In this document: piece by piece, positions 39,103 to 47,757 of the stretch
How the letters are laid out: each line of letters starts with the position of its first letter
How positions within the stretch are numbered: the first letter of the stretch is position 1
Source of the DNA: Candidatus Doudnabacteria bacterium
GTDB lineage: Bacteria; Patescibacteriota; Doudnabacteria; UBA920; VMFF01
Length of the DNA stretch: 64,000 nucleotides
Direction of reading: 5' to 3'
NCBI GenBank assembly: GCA_963840645.1
Contig: CAWIZL010000004.1
Location: forward strand, 395,470-459,469
The notes under the pieces: model-generated
Databases searched by the model: none
Seen by the model: only the letters and a program-made list of their open reading frames with translations
Told to the model about the DNA's origin: nothing
Made by a program: the position numbers and the translations under genes

Positions 39103-39858
39103 CTAACGGAGCTGCTCTTGGTGATTCCCCTCAAAAATTGGGTGGACACTCTTGACCATGTAGCCACCTTTTTCCAGCAATAGCTCATAAACCATGTTCT
39201 TGCGCTCAAGGACGACCATCCACCCATACTTGGCTGCTTCTTCGTACAACGCAGCGTTCGGATTGAAAGCAATGGGGTGGTCAACAACTGATAAAAAAGA
39301 ACTGTCGCGGTGCGTGTCGCCAACGCCAATGCTATCTTCCATGGTCAACCCCCGTTCTGCGACAATGTCGGCAAGCAGCTTCTCCTTGTTCTTGTTTGTT
39401 TGGCTCAACCGCTTGCCAGTGTACAAGCCATTGTTCACCTCAAGCTCAGAAGATGTCACGACGTCAAAACCAAGCGCGTATGCAAATGGCTCTACGATAT
39501 CCTTGATTGAACCAGAAATAGCAATGAGCGTGCGCCCTTCCTTCTTTAATTTTTCAATTAAGTTGATCGTGTACGCGTAGCAGTATTTTCCTTTGACGGC
39601 GAGAACCTCGTGGACAACGTTTGCCATTTGCGCAGGACTGACCTGGGGCGTAATTTTTTCAAACACTTCGAGGATAGCCTTGTTGTATGCCCAGTAGCTC
39701 TCTGTGGAACCACGCTCCTTCCACACTTTCTTGGCTTCCTGCACCTGCTTGCGCTCTGGTTCAAGGTTAAGCTTTTCAATTAGTGCTTCGGCAACATCGA
39801 AGGTCAACGTGTGCGTATACACTGTACCGTCTAGATCAAAAATGGCAAATTTATTCAT
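39103..39858 (-). CDS. HAD-superfamily hydrolase (subfamily IB-like)
   Basis: MNKFAIFDLDGTVY (DxDxT), ...ISGS..., ...GVGDTHRD. Confidence 0.85.
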   Translation of the reverse strand: MNKFAIFDLDGTVYTHTLTFDVAEALIEKLNLEPERKQVQEAKKVWKERGSTESYWAYNKAILEVFEKITPQVSPAQMANVVHEVLAVKGKYCYAYTINLIEKLKKEGRTLIAISGSIKDIVEPFAYALGFDVVTSSELEVNNGLYTGKRLSQTNKNKEKLLADIVAERGLTMEDSIGVGDTHRDSSFLSVVDHPIAFNPNAALYEEAAKYGWMVVLERKNMVYELLLEKGGYMVKSVHPIFEGNHQEQLR

Positions 39859-39877
39859 TGTGGTTCCGTTAGTGCAG

Positions 39878-40486
39878 TTAATTGTGCAGGACTTTCAGTT
39901 GATCTCGGCGCACCAGAAGAAGCAGGACAAAACCAGCATTGATAACTGCAACCACGGCAGGGAAAAGTGCAGTTGTTAAGTTAAACGAAGCAAGCGCGAG
40001 AAGGCTCAAGCCATACTTCAGCGTACTGAGCACGTATAAGGTTGCTGTTTCTCCGTTCGGTCGTAAGTATCCTTTGCGGTAGGTTGGAGCAAAAGCTAAA
40101 ACATCTGCGAGGGTAATTACAATAACGGCTCCAAGAGGTTCTTTCGTCAGAAGCCAGAGCACGATAGCTGCGAGCGTTCCACCAAAGCAGACCCAGTCAA
40201 ACTTAGTAAGGCCTCTTTCGCCTCTTTTGACGGCGAGCATGGCAATTCCAAAAATACAAACTGCGCTCACGGCAGATGTCCACGCTCCTGCACCGCCACC
40301 TTTAGCAATCTGGGTAAAGAACGAGACTGCATTCAGGAGACCAAAACCTAGCCACGTAAAGAGGTGCGGCTTCGTTGTGCCTCGAAAGATGTCCCGGTAG
40401 TAGGGAAGGTATCCGATAAGACCAATGAAGATGGCGGCGAGTCCCAGTATGACGTGGTAACTGTAGATCATATATTCTACATACAT
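39878..40486 (-). CDS. multi-pass membrane protein
   Basis: 202-aa ORF with about 6 hydrophobic segments. Confidence 0.6.
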   Translation of the reverse strand: MYVEYMIYSYHVILGLAAIFIGLIGYLPYYRDIFRGTTKPHLFTWLGFGLLNAVSFFTQIAKGGGAGAWTSAVSAVCIFGIAMLAVKRGERGLTKFDWVCFGGTLAAIVLWLLTKEPLGAVIVITLADVLAFAPTYRKGYLRPNGETATLYVLSTLKYGLSLLALASFNLTTALFPAVVAVINAGFVLLLLVRRDQLKVLHN

Positions 40487-40501
40487 TCTACCACACCAAC
40501 T

Positions 40502-40573
40502 TATTGGAATGAGGTTCGAAGTGAGATAGTTAAGAATTCTGGTTTAGTTTATAGCCTTTCCCGTAAAGATTGA
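40502..40573 (+). repeat. orphan tail c4: YWNEVRSEIVKNSGLVYSLSRKD* (no Gly core)
   Basis: tat tgg aat gag gtt cga agt gag ata gtt aag aat tct ... Confidence 0.6.
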
Positions 40574-40659
40574 ACATAAAAAATCCGCCAGGCTTGAGCA
40601 ACCTGGCGGGAACAGACTTAGCTATTGGCAACACTAACCTTCACTGTATTCTTCTGAGA

Positions 40660-41040
40660 CTACGCCGCCGTCTCCACGGCAGGCTCTTCACCCTCCAGCA
40701 GGCCGAGCTTCCTGAGAAATTCAATAGCTACCTCAGTGACCTCGTAGCTCTTCCACGTGATTTGGCCGCGGTGCTCATCACTGTTGTCAAAGCTCTTCCA
40801 GTAAACCTCGATTGAGCCTTTGGCTATGGCCTCACGCACCAATTTGGCCATTGCCCGCTTCTCGGCTGCATCAGTGCGTTTGCCTGGAATGCGCTCGAAA
40901 GCCTCCTCGATGGCTTCATCGCAGACGAGTCCATCGCACCGCTCGAACAGGTCGCGCTCGTCCTTTGCGAGAAAGAACCTGGAAGCTCCGATCATCGTGT
41001 GCCGAAGCACAAACAATTTTAAAGCCGCCTTTGCTGCCAT
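40660..41040 (-). CDS. hypothetical protein
   Basis: Trimmed to MAAKAALKLFVLRHTMIG... with SD GGGGGA. Terminator hairpin ccgccagg...cctggcgg downstream. Confidence 0.5.
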   Translation of the reverse strand: MAAKAALKLFVLRHTMIGASRFFLAKDERDLFERCDGLVCDEAIEEAFERIPGKRTDAAEKRAMAKLVREAIAKGSIEVYWKSFDNSDEHRGQITWKSYEVTEVAIEFLRKLGLLEGEEPAVETAA

Positions 41041-41196
41041 TGGAATTCCCCCTTGAAAATCTACCCTTACACGAGCCAGCACTTTTAGGTCTCTGGATTC
41101 AGACCGAGTTTCCCCGCCCCAGCAAGCCAGCAATTGGTTTCCTAGGGTAGAGGCTCGTGCAACTAGACACGAGCCAGGTTTGAAACCTGCAAGAAG

Positions 41197-41586
41197 CTAC
41201 CGCTTCGCCAATCTTACAGGTCTGAGGAATGCGGCGACTGTCGGATTCAGAGACTTAGCACCTGTGTGGTCAACCTCAAACCTGACGCTATCCCCTTTGT
41301 GCAAGACGGCGAACTCGCCCCAGTGGGCTGAGTAATCGTCCACGGTTATGTCTCTCAAGATGAGCGACCTGTCTGTGCCGTGCACGAAGCCAAAAGTTAC
41401 CGTGCCATTCTCCTCGTAGTGCCGCGAGACGACAAACCAGGTACTCGCCGCCATTTCATCTGCCTGCTTAGATGACTTGGCGATGTACTGCCCAATGTTC
41501 GCACTTCGAACTTTGACACCGATGGCCACCAGAGAACTGACTGCCAGGATAATGGAAATACCTACAGCCAGCGGCTTCTTCTTCAT
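41197..41586 (-). CDS. membrane-anchored hypothetical protein
   Basis: MKKKPLAVGISIILAVSSLVAIGV..., with a signal or anchor segment. Confidence 0.55.
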   Translation of the reverse strand: MKKKPLAVGISIILAVSSLVAIGVKVRSANIGQYIAKSSKQADEMAASTWFVVSRHYEENGTVTFGFVHGTDRSLILRDITVDDYSAHWGEFAVLHKGDSVRFEVDHTGAKSLNPTVAAFLRPVRLAKR

Positions 41587-41706
41587 TGTTATTCCTCCTC
41601 AATTCACGGACAAAAAAGAGTAGCACGTTCCTTGCTTTTGGTCAATGCGTATTGGATAATATTTAAAGACTTTCTACCTAGTAAAAAATGAAGAAGTTTT
41701 TACATA

Positions 41707-42069
41707 TTATCTCAGATAAAACTCAAGCCTGATGCCGTCGGGGTCGTCGAACCACAGGAACTCTCGCTTGCTGTACCTGTCAATTTGGATGCCGCTGTTT
41801 TTTATGGCCGCACCCTGTAGCTTCTTGGCGTACCGCTTCAGCTCAACCACGCTCTTCACCCTGAACGCGAGGTGGTTCAGGCCAATGTTGTGCTTGTCAA
41901 AGCTGCGGGCACTCTTCTTGTACGGGTTGGTCAGGAACAGCTTCGTATCGCCGAGCTGCCAGCTGGCATCCCACTCGCTGACTTTCGACTTTTCCAAAAA
42001 AGATTGGTAGAATGCCGTGCTCTTCTTGAGGTCTTTGACTGATATGACAATGTGGTCGAGTGAGGGCAT
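41707..42069 (-). CDS. VOC family (glyoxalase/bleomycin-resistance fold) protein
   Basis: MPSLDHIVISVKDLKKSTAFYQ...GLNHLAFRV... Confidence 0.8.
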   Translation of the reverse strand: MPSLDHIVISVKDLKKSTAFYQSFLEKSKVSEWDASWQLGDTKLFLTNPYKKSARSFDKHNIGLNHLAFRVKSVVELKRYAKKLQGAAIKNSGIQIDRYSKREFLWFDDPDGIRLEFYLR

Positions 42070-42082
42070 TTGTGGGTTTTAA

Positions 42083-42640
42083 CTAAATGGACTTAAGGTA
42101 CTTCTTCACCTTCACGAGAGCCTTCTTGCGCATAGACGTTTTCTCTTTCTCTATCTCGCCCATCTCTGCCCACGTCTGGGTGTACCCTTTGGGGATGAAG
42201 ATGGGATCCCAGCCAAACGTTGTTTTGCCTTTTGGTTCTGTACTGATAGAGCCAGACGTACTGCCAGTAAATATTTTCGCAGTCTTCCCGTCGTATATGC
42301 AGTACGCTATCTCAGCTATTGCGCTCTTGTCCTTGTAATTTCTGAGGAGATCGCAAATGCCCTCGTTGCCCAAGGACTTCAGGAATCACTTGATGAGTGA
42401 GCCTGGTAAGCCGTTCATTGCGCCAAATTTTAGTGAAACGTCTTCCACCATCACGGGTTCCCGAATGATCTGGTACGCTGTCCTAGCCTTGTGCTCGACC
42501 ACCTCGCGCACGTCGAGCGACTGTATCTCTGGTAAATCAATGGAGCGCTGACGAATAGACACGTCGAAATACTCGCTCAGATACCTTGCCTTTGCGGGAT
42601 TTCCTGTTACGAATGTTAAATTTGTTAAATTCTTAGACAT
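42083..42640 (-). pseudogene. rdgB: non-canonical purine NTP pyrophosphatase (ITPase, Ham1/RdgB family) interrupted by an in-frame TGA at 42386-42388
   Basis: FVTGNPAKA...VMVEDVSLKFGAMNGLPGSLIK-TGA-FLKSLGNEGICDLL...FGWDPIF. It aligns with human ITPA ...[24 protein letters not shown], so the stop sits on the conserved Trp. Confidence 0.85.
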
Positions 42641-42681
42641 GGCTAGATTCCTTAGCTTAATCTACTTAGATTGTACCACGA

Positions 42682-42783
42682 GACAAACTTGGAACGCTTT
42701 GCGACGTTAGAACCTATTGGCAGACTACGGATGAGAGGTTTTACATACCAAAATTGTCCCTGGAGAAGGCTTTGGTCAATTAA
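42682..42783 (+). repeat. orphan tail c6 (long variant): ..LCDVRTYWQTTDERFYIPKLSLEKALVN*
   Basis: Homologous at the peptide level to c5 (LVHDVRTFWRSTDERFFIPMLSLESVELA*). Confidence 0.6.
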
Positions 42784-42861
42784 AAATCCTTCTCAACTCA
42801 CCAGAGACTGGTGAACTCAGAAGGATTGCGGGACGTTCGTACTGAACGCCCCGCTTTGTTG

Positions 42862-43053
42862 CTACAAATCCGCTCGGAGGCGGAAGATGAGCCAGATGTA
42901 GGCCGCGACGGGGAGAACGAGGATGGTTGCCACCACCCACAGAACCTTCCCCCACCAGCGCGGCGCTCTCCACACCATGCGACCCGTGAAGAGCATCGCG
43001 CACAGCGTGGCGATGCACGCTGCTGTGAACCAGAGAACCTTTTCGTCAACCAT
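42862..43053 (-). CDS. small two-TM membrane protein
   Basis: 63-aa ORF, last gene of the GC-rich operon. SD AAGGAGG upstream. Confidence 0.5.
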   Translation of the reverse strand: MVDEKVLWFTAACIATLCAMLFTGRMVWRAPRWWGKVLWVVATILVLPVAAYIWLIFRLRADL

Positions 43054-43087
43054 AAACCTCCTTGAGAGAATTGGAATGCTTGAACGC

Positions 43088-43591
43088 TCACTTGCCGATG
43101 ATCCACGGGCGCAGCGCGGTACACTTGCCGATGGTGCTGTACAGGATCTCGACGCCTGGAGTCCGCAGCAGCTCCTCTGCCTCGTACTGCTTTCTGTCCG
43201 CAGTCAAGTGGATGAACCCCAGCTGCTTCTCGATCCGCCGCTTCATCGCTGCGTCGAGCAACGAGGCCGCCTTACACGTTTCGGCAAAACCGGCGTGACC
43301 CTGCTCAACGGCGTTGGCGAAGTTCTGGATGATGTCGTGCGACTCGTTGCGGATGCTCGACTGGAGCGCCCGCTCGGCTTCCCCAGCGTCGAGAATGTAA
43401 CGCTCCCGCTCGACCTCCCGCTTCTCGACCGTCCACCGGACGTTGGCGAGCTCGTCAATCTTCTTGTCGGCGAGCTGCTCGTTGGCGAGAAACGCGGTGG
43501 CTGCCAGAGCGGCAGGCGTTGCGGGTTTCGTTTGCTGGGCGAACGACGTGCCCAGTACGAGCAAGGTAAAGGCGATGAGTTTCTGCGTCAT
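43088..43591 (-). CDS. secreted hypothetical protein
   Basis: MTQKLIAFTLLVLGTSFAQQ, a signal peptide. Confidence 0.55.
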   Translation of the reverse strand: MTQKLIAFTLLVLGTSFAQQTKPATPAALAATAFLANEQLADKKIDELANVRWTVEKREVERERYILDAGEAERALQSSIRNESHDIIQNFANAVEQGHAGFAETCKAASLLDAAMKRRIEKQLGFIHLTADRKQYEAEELLRTPGVEILYSTIGKCTALRPWIIGK

Positions 43592-43712
43592 GGTCTTGCA
43601 CACTCCACTTTTCCCTGGTTACTCCCAGAGAACACAGAGACCTAGAAAAAGTAGGTAGCTGAATACTCTGGAAGTACGCCTAGTCTGGTTCAATAAACAA
43701 GCCTCCTTTATG

Positions 43713-43774
43713 TTCTCACCTCAGCAAACCACGGAGTGATTTCCTAAGGTGAGTGCAGAAGTTTTGGCTTCTGC
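43713..43774 (-). promoter_or_regulatory. conserved intergenic hairpin motif L2 plus GC hairpin
   Basis: ttctcacctcagcaaaccacggagtgatttcctaaggtgag, then gcagaag..cttctgc. Confidence 0.65.
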
Positions 43775-43812
43775 CCCAGCAAAGCCCTGCTGGGTGGGGA
43801 ATAAACTGTTCG

Positions 43813-44208
43813 CTAGTGCATTCGCAGTGGCACCAGGCTCTCGTACCAGTTTTTTAGGTAAGCCTGCACCTCGGGGTGGTCCCCGATGGCCTGCTCGATA
43901 AGCTGGGCCTGCTGCCTCATGCCCTTGGTGAAGGCGACCGTGACCAGCTCCTCGAGTGCGGCGCGGACGGAGTCCTCGCTCGCGTTCGCCATTGCCTCGA
44001 GCGCCTTGAATCCGTCCTGCACGCTAGGGTTTTGGACGAACTCGATGCTGCCGGTATTGATCAAGCCGATGGCGCTCTCGCTTGAGCCATCGTCTTCGTT
44101 GCCGTCGAGGTCTCGCTGCACCTCCTCGATCGTCTCCATGGGGGTGACGACGCCGTAGTGCTCTGCCTTGCCGCCATCCAGGTCCTGCCGTACGAATGCA
44201 ATCCTCAT
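43813..44208 (-). CDS. acidic hypothetical protein
   Basis: Trimmed to MRIAFVRQDLDGGKAEHYG... with SD AAGGAGAGG. Confidence 0.55.
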   Translation of the reverse strand: MRIAFVRQDLDGGKAEHYGVVTPMETIEEVQRDLDGNEDDGSSESAIGLINTGSIEFVQNPSVQDGFKALEAMANASEDSVRAALEELVTVAFTKGMRQQAQLIEQAIGDHPEVQAYLKNWYESLVPLRMH

Positions 44209-44239
44209 TACGTTCCTCTCCTTTGAATTGAAGTTTTGT

Positions 44240-44306
44240 TTCCTCACCTCAATAAACCAAGATTGATTTGCTGAGGTGAGGCTCGCAGGGATTGGTGTCT
44301 GCGAGC
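44240..44306 (-). promoter_or_regulatory. conserved intergenic hairpin motif L3 plus GC hairpin
   Basis: ttcctcacctcaataaaccaagattgatttgctgaggtgag, then gctcgcag..ctgcgagc. Confidence 0.65.
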
Positions 44307-44320
44307 TTGTTGTATGTGGC

Positions 44321-44590
44321 TTACGTAGCCACGCCGTCTTCCTCGATGGTGGCGTTGTTCCGCCTCCAGGCATCCTCGGCCATGCCCGTCTGCGTCCCCT
44401 TGAGGACGAGCCAGGTCGGGCCAGAGTCGCTGACGGGGCACGGGATGCGCTCCATCTCGTGCCTGCCGGGGGCAATCACGGGAAAGGCTTCTTCCTCGTT
44501 CTCCCAGCGAGTGCCCGCTGCGAGGCGCTCCCGCAGAGCCTTGCCGTTTGTCAGGTGCCAGCTGTCGGTGATGACCACAAAGATGCTCAT
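44321..44590 (-). CDS. hypothetical protein
   Basis: Trimmed to MSIFVVITDSWHLTNGK... with SD AAAGGAGAA. Confidence 0.5.
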   Translation of the reverse strand: MSIFVVITDSWHLTNGKALRERLAAGTRWENEEEAFPVIAPGRHEMERIPCPVSDSGPTWLVLKGTQTGMAEDAWRRNNATIEEDGVAT

Positions 44591-44638
44591 GCTGTTCGTT
44601 CTCCTTTGGATTGTAGGTACCGTCGATTGATTTTTGTG

Positions 44639-44700
44639 TTCTCGCCTCAACAAACCACGAAGTGATTTCCTGAGGTGAGTCGCCAACGTTGAGGTTGGCG
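44639..44700 (-). promoter_or_regulatory. conserved intergenic hairpin motif L4 plus GC hairpin
   Basis: ttctcgcctcaacaaaccacgaagtgatttcctgaggtgag, then cgccaac..gttggcg. Confidence 0.65.
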
Positions 44701-44750
44701 TTCAGCGTAGCCCCGCTGAACAGGAATGCCGGGTCGCCGTGCATGGTCTA

Positions 44751-45278
44751 CTACCGCTTGTCGAACTGCTCTTGCAAGAAATCGTCGAGGGTTGGCAGTC
44801 CCTCGCTGGCAACTTGGTCGGCCAATTCTTCGTCGAGCGCACCGAGCACGCCTTCGATGATGTGTGCCGTGTACTCTCCTGCGGTTGCAATGCCATCCTC
44901 GCACGTCGGGTTGGTCTCGGGTCTCGACACGAACCCAGGGAAGTAGGGCATCATGGTGGCCTTGAAGTTGTAGGCCACGTCCGCGTCTGAGCTGCCCTCG
45001 AGTGGGGTTGTGACCACCACCCGCTTACCAGTCTGCCGCAGCTCCCTGATCTTGCTCGAGACGCTGCTGTCGCAGGACGGGCAGGTCAGGACGATTACCA
45101 GAACCACGCCAGCGTCCTCCGCTGAGGATGCCGCTTCGTGCTCCGCAGCAACGCGTTTCCTGATGTCGTAGAGCGCGTTCATGATGCACGGTGCCATTTC
45201 TTGGCAGGCACACCTGTCAGCGTAGCCGCCGTATAAACCGTCGTTCGATCCGATAAGTACCACGTGCACCTTTGACAT
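44751..45278 (-). CDS. hypothetical protein
   Basis: MSKVHVVLIGSNDGLYGGYADRC..., 175 aa, SD AAGGAGG. Confidence 0.55.
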   Translation of the reverse strand: MSKVHVVLIGSNDGLYGGYADRCACQEMAPCIMNALYDIRKRVAAEHEAASSAEDAGVVLVIVLTCPSCDSSVSSKIRELRQTGKRVVVTTPLEGSSDADVAYNFKATMMPYFPGFVSRPETNPTCEDGIATAGEYTAHIIEGVLGALDEELADQVASEGLPTLDDFLQEQFDKR

Positions 45279-45317
45279 TTTTCATGCCTCCTTGTGTCGA
45301 GAACCCTTGGAGTTGCT

Positions 45318-45381
45318 TTCTCGCCTCAATGAACCAAGATTGATTTGCTGAGGTGAGGCCGCGACGTTGTTCTGTCGCGGC
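45318..45381 (-). promoter_or_regulatory. conserved intergenic hairpin motif L5 plus GC hairpin
   Basis: ttctcgcctcaatgaaccaagattgatttgctgaggtgag, then gccgcgac..gtcgcggc. Confidence 0.65.
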
Positions 45382-45394
45382 TGGTCGTGTGTTG

Positions 45395-45811
45395 CTAGTA
45401 CTCGCGCTCCATGTGCAGGGAGCCGTCGTAGTGGTTGCGATCGTTCCCGCCAACCTCGTCGTCATCGTTGCAGTCCTCGCAGAGCGAGAAACCGTAGGTG
45501 ACGTTCGGCTCGCGCACGCCCTTGAACCACATGTGCTTGCCGCACTTGCAGGTCAGGCGGTACGCGGGACTGTTGAGGACGGCCTTACGGTCGTACCCGC
45601 CGTCCAGCTCGTCGCCGTCAGGTCCGCTGAAGCGAGAGAACATCTCCACTGGGGTGCCCGTGTTGCGGTTGGTGGCGATGAACTCATCGGCACGATCGGC
45701 TGAATCCAAGTTAATGTCCTGCTGGTCGGCTTCCCCAGGGTGAATCCGGAAAGTCCAACCAACAAAAATCCCCGTTACAACTTCCTGTGCGGTGGCGGTA
45801 CTAGTTCGCAT
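45395..45811 (-). CDS. hypothetical protein with Cys-pair (zinc-ribbon-like) motifs
   Basis: 138 aa, ...CKCGKHMWF...CEDCNDDD.... SD GGAGA. First gene of the operon. Confidence 0.55.
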   Translation of the reverse strand: MRTSTATAQEVVTGIFVGWTFRIHPGEADQQDINLDSADRADEFIATNRNTGTPVEMFSRFSGPDGDELDGGYDRKAVLNSPAYRLTCKCGKHMWFKGVREPNVTYGFSLCEDCNDDDEVGGNDRNHYDGSLHMEREY

Positions 45812-45832
45812 TACATTTTCTCCTTCTGGTTG

Positions 45833-45891
45833 TAGAAATATCGCTATTTCTAGCTACCAAGAGTGTAGCACATTTCCTTGCTATTTGTCAA
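45833..45891 (-). promoter_or_regulatory. operon promoter with a perfect palindrome in the 5' UTR
   Basis: Minus strand reads TTGACA (45891-45886), ~18 nt, TACACT. Palindrome TAGAAATA-tcgc-TATTTCTA at 45833-45852. Confidence 0.5.
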
Positions 45892-45973
45892 TAGGTATTG
45901 TGTAATATATTAAGAGGTTCTAACTTGTCCTAAGGTGTATTAAAAAAGTACTGCAAACATTGATGATTTGAAA

Positions 45974-46072
45974 TGGAGCGGGTTAGTGCACGACGTTAGA
46001 ACCTTTTGGCGGAGTACGGACGAACGTTTCTTTATCCCGATGCTGTCCTTGGAATCAGTCGAGTTAGCCTAA
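45974..46072 (+). repeat. orphan tail c5 (long variant): TGGAGCGGG plus LVHDVRTFWRSTDERFFIPMLSLESVELA*
   Basis: tgg agc ggg tta gtg cac gac gtt aga acc ttt tgg cgg ... Confidence 0.65.
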
Positions 46073-46089
46073 TAACCCCAAAATAGGCT

Positions 46090-46118
46090 TTTGACACGAT
46101 GGACAATTTAGGTTAGAA
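46090..46118 (+). promoter_or_regulatory. sigma70-like promoter
   Basis: TTGACA, 17 nt, TAGAAT. Confidence 0.65.
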
Positions 46119-46150
46119 TATATTGTTTTTACGCTACGAATGGAGGAAGT

Positions 46151-46444
46151 ATGAGAAGACCTATTTATAAAGTTGGCGATGAAGTAACGGTGGTGAAAGA
46201 AGCTGGCATGCTGGGCTTTCTTGTTGCTGGCAAACTCATGCAGGAACCCCCGAGCCACAACACCTTAGTCCACCTGCTCCCGAAGGAAAACTACACGCAC
46301 GGCAGCCTGAGGACGTTCTGCCAGGTTCGAGTTCCGCCGGGAAAAGGGCGGCCGGAGATGAGCTACGCACTGTACGGGTGGTGCAATTCTCTCTACGAGC
46401 TGGAGATGAACCAGAAATTCGAAATTGCTGCTCTGCCCGCATGA
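46151..46444 (+). CDS. small hypothetical protein
   Basis: 97 aa, SD GGAGGA. Has its own promoter and terminator. Confidence 0.6.
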   Translation: MRRPIYKVGDEVTVVKEAGMLGFLVAGKLMQEPPSHNTLVHLLPKENYTHGSLRTFCQVRVPPGKGRPEMSYALYGWCNSLYELEMNQKFEIAALPA

Positions 46445-46447
46445 CAA

Positions 46448-46501
46448 GAGCCCACGCCACGCAACGTTCCGACGTTCGTGCGGTGTGGGCTCTATTTTTT
46501 T
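46448..46501 (+). terminator. intrinsic terminator
   Basis: gagcccacgccacg...gtgcggtgtgggctc followed by a T-run. Confidence 0.65.
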
Positions 46502-46657
46502 ATGTCTGACTGTCGCTGGAGGCTGCAAACGTGGCAACACCACTATCTAAGATAACGATCGACCTTGATAAAAATACAGGCGTCCGTCCGGTAATAATCC
46601 GGGCGAACGCCTAACTGGTACTCTTGTGAAGGGTTAGAACCGACCGAGCACGAGTGC

Positions 46658-47508
46658 TTAGGTCTGTTTGAAAATCGCCAGGGCATCTTCGTCCGTCATC
46701 GCTTGACCGTTGGAAAAGATAGCCTCTCCATCGGTCGTGTAAATGATTGTCGGGTAAGGATCTCTCTCCTCGATCTCCGCCGACATAGAAGCCGCCTCCC
46801 GTGCTCCAGTCAACGATTCCGCCATAACCTTGCGGCCAGCTGGGGTGAACAGCCGGTCTTCCTGGGCTACTGTCATTGCAACTGGAGCACCCCGCTGGGC
46901 ATGCAGGTAGACTCGCAGAAAGAGCTCGTAGTTATCAACGTCCTCAGTCGGCCTCTCCCCACAAAGACGAACCAGGTTCAATTCACCTGGACAGGCTCCA
47001 CCCGATCCATCGTCGAGGTACAGAATGCCACGGCTCTCCCCAGGCTGCTCTCCGCGTACGAGACAGCGTGGGAGGAGACTATCATTGCCAATGAGAGTCT
47101 GAGCCAATTGCCTGCCCGTCTGTCTCAGATTCGCCGCCGCCATGGTGTATTCATCACGAACTTTCAGGATAGAATCGACCGTGATATGAGCGGGCACCCA
47201 CCCCGCTGTGGTTTCCTGAAGCGCAAAGAGCAGACGTTCCAAGAAGGCACGGAGCGGGTATGCCTCAAGCGTGGGATAGTGTGGCCCGATGCAGGCCTGC
47301 CACTAGGGCCGTAAGACCAGACAACAAGCTGCTGGTCATTGTTGTGCTGCAAGTAAACGGCATCGAACAGCTTTTGCTTCTTGCCGTTCGGTGGCGGGTT
47401 CGTGCTTGCCTTGTTCACGATTGCCTGCGTGGTATCTACGACCGCCGCTCGCATAGCCATCAGCTTGCGGAGGTATTCTGTATACGTAACGTTCGCTATC
47501 TGAGACAT
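46658..47508 (-). pseudogene. hypothetical protein, apparent 1-nt frameshift near 47285-47295
   Basis: MSQIANVTYTEYLRKLMAMR...QQLVVWSYGP (ORF 47164..47565 frame), then WQACIGPHYPTLEAYPLRAFLERLLFALQETTAGW... (ORF 46658..47242 frame). Confidence 0.45.
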
Positions 47509-47757
47509 GTCCGTGATGACCTCCAAATCGAATTTGACAACGTGCCTTCTGGCACACACCTTCACACATGATCCTCCGTGGTACTAAAGAATCTTGCGGG
47601 AAAGGTTTTGGTGACGATGTTCGAGACCAAAATGCTTCCCACAAAATTACTCTGTATTATACAAAAATTAGTAGAAAAATCAAGGTGATTGGGCTGCTAG
47701 GTTCGACTCCCCTTACGGTGCAACAAAAAACACCAAGTAAATACTGGTGATTCTTTT

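Noticed and set aside
42386-42388. Genome-wide UGA reassignment (code 4 or 25)
   Set aside because: There is only one instance. TGA ends other well-supported genes in the window, and the other split genes are true frameshifts rather than in-frame TGAs. Kept only as a low-probability alternative in the rdgB finding.
42923-43645. 240-aa plus-strand ORF across the GC-rich operon
   Set aside because: Antisense to two minus-strand genes that have SDs and signal or TM features. It is a typical GC-rich open shadow frame.
35766-46072. Tail repeats (..ctgtggaacgaggttcgaagg..) considered as tRNA or pseudo-tRNA 3' halves
   Set aside because: They contain a TTCGAA-like string and a CCA-antisense core but cannot form a T arm or acceptor stem. 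Peptide-level conservation with the recombinase reading frame explains them better.
47680-47711. ggctgctaggttcgactcccc, resembling a T arm or tmRNA 3' end
   Set aside because: No complementary stem or acceptor sequence is nearby. It is too short to call.
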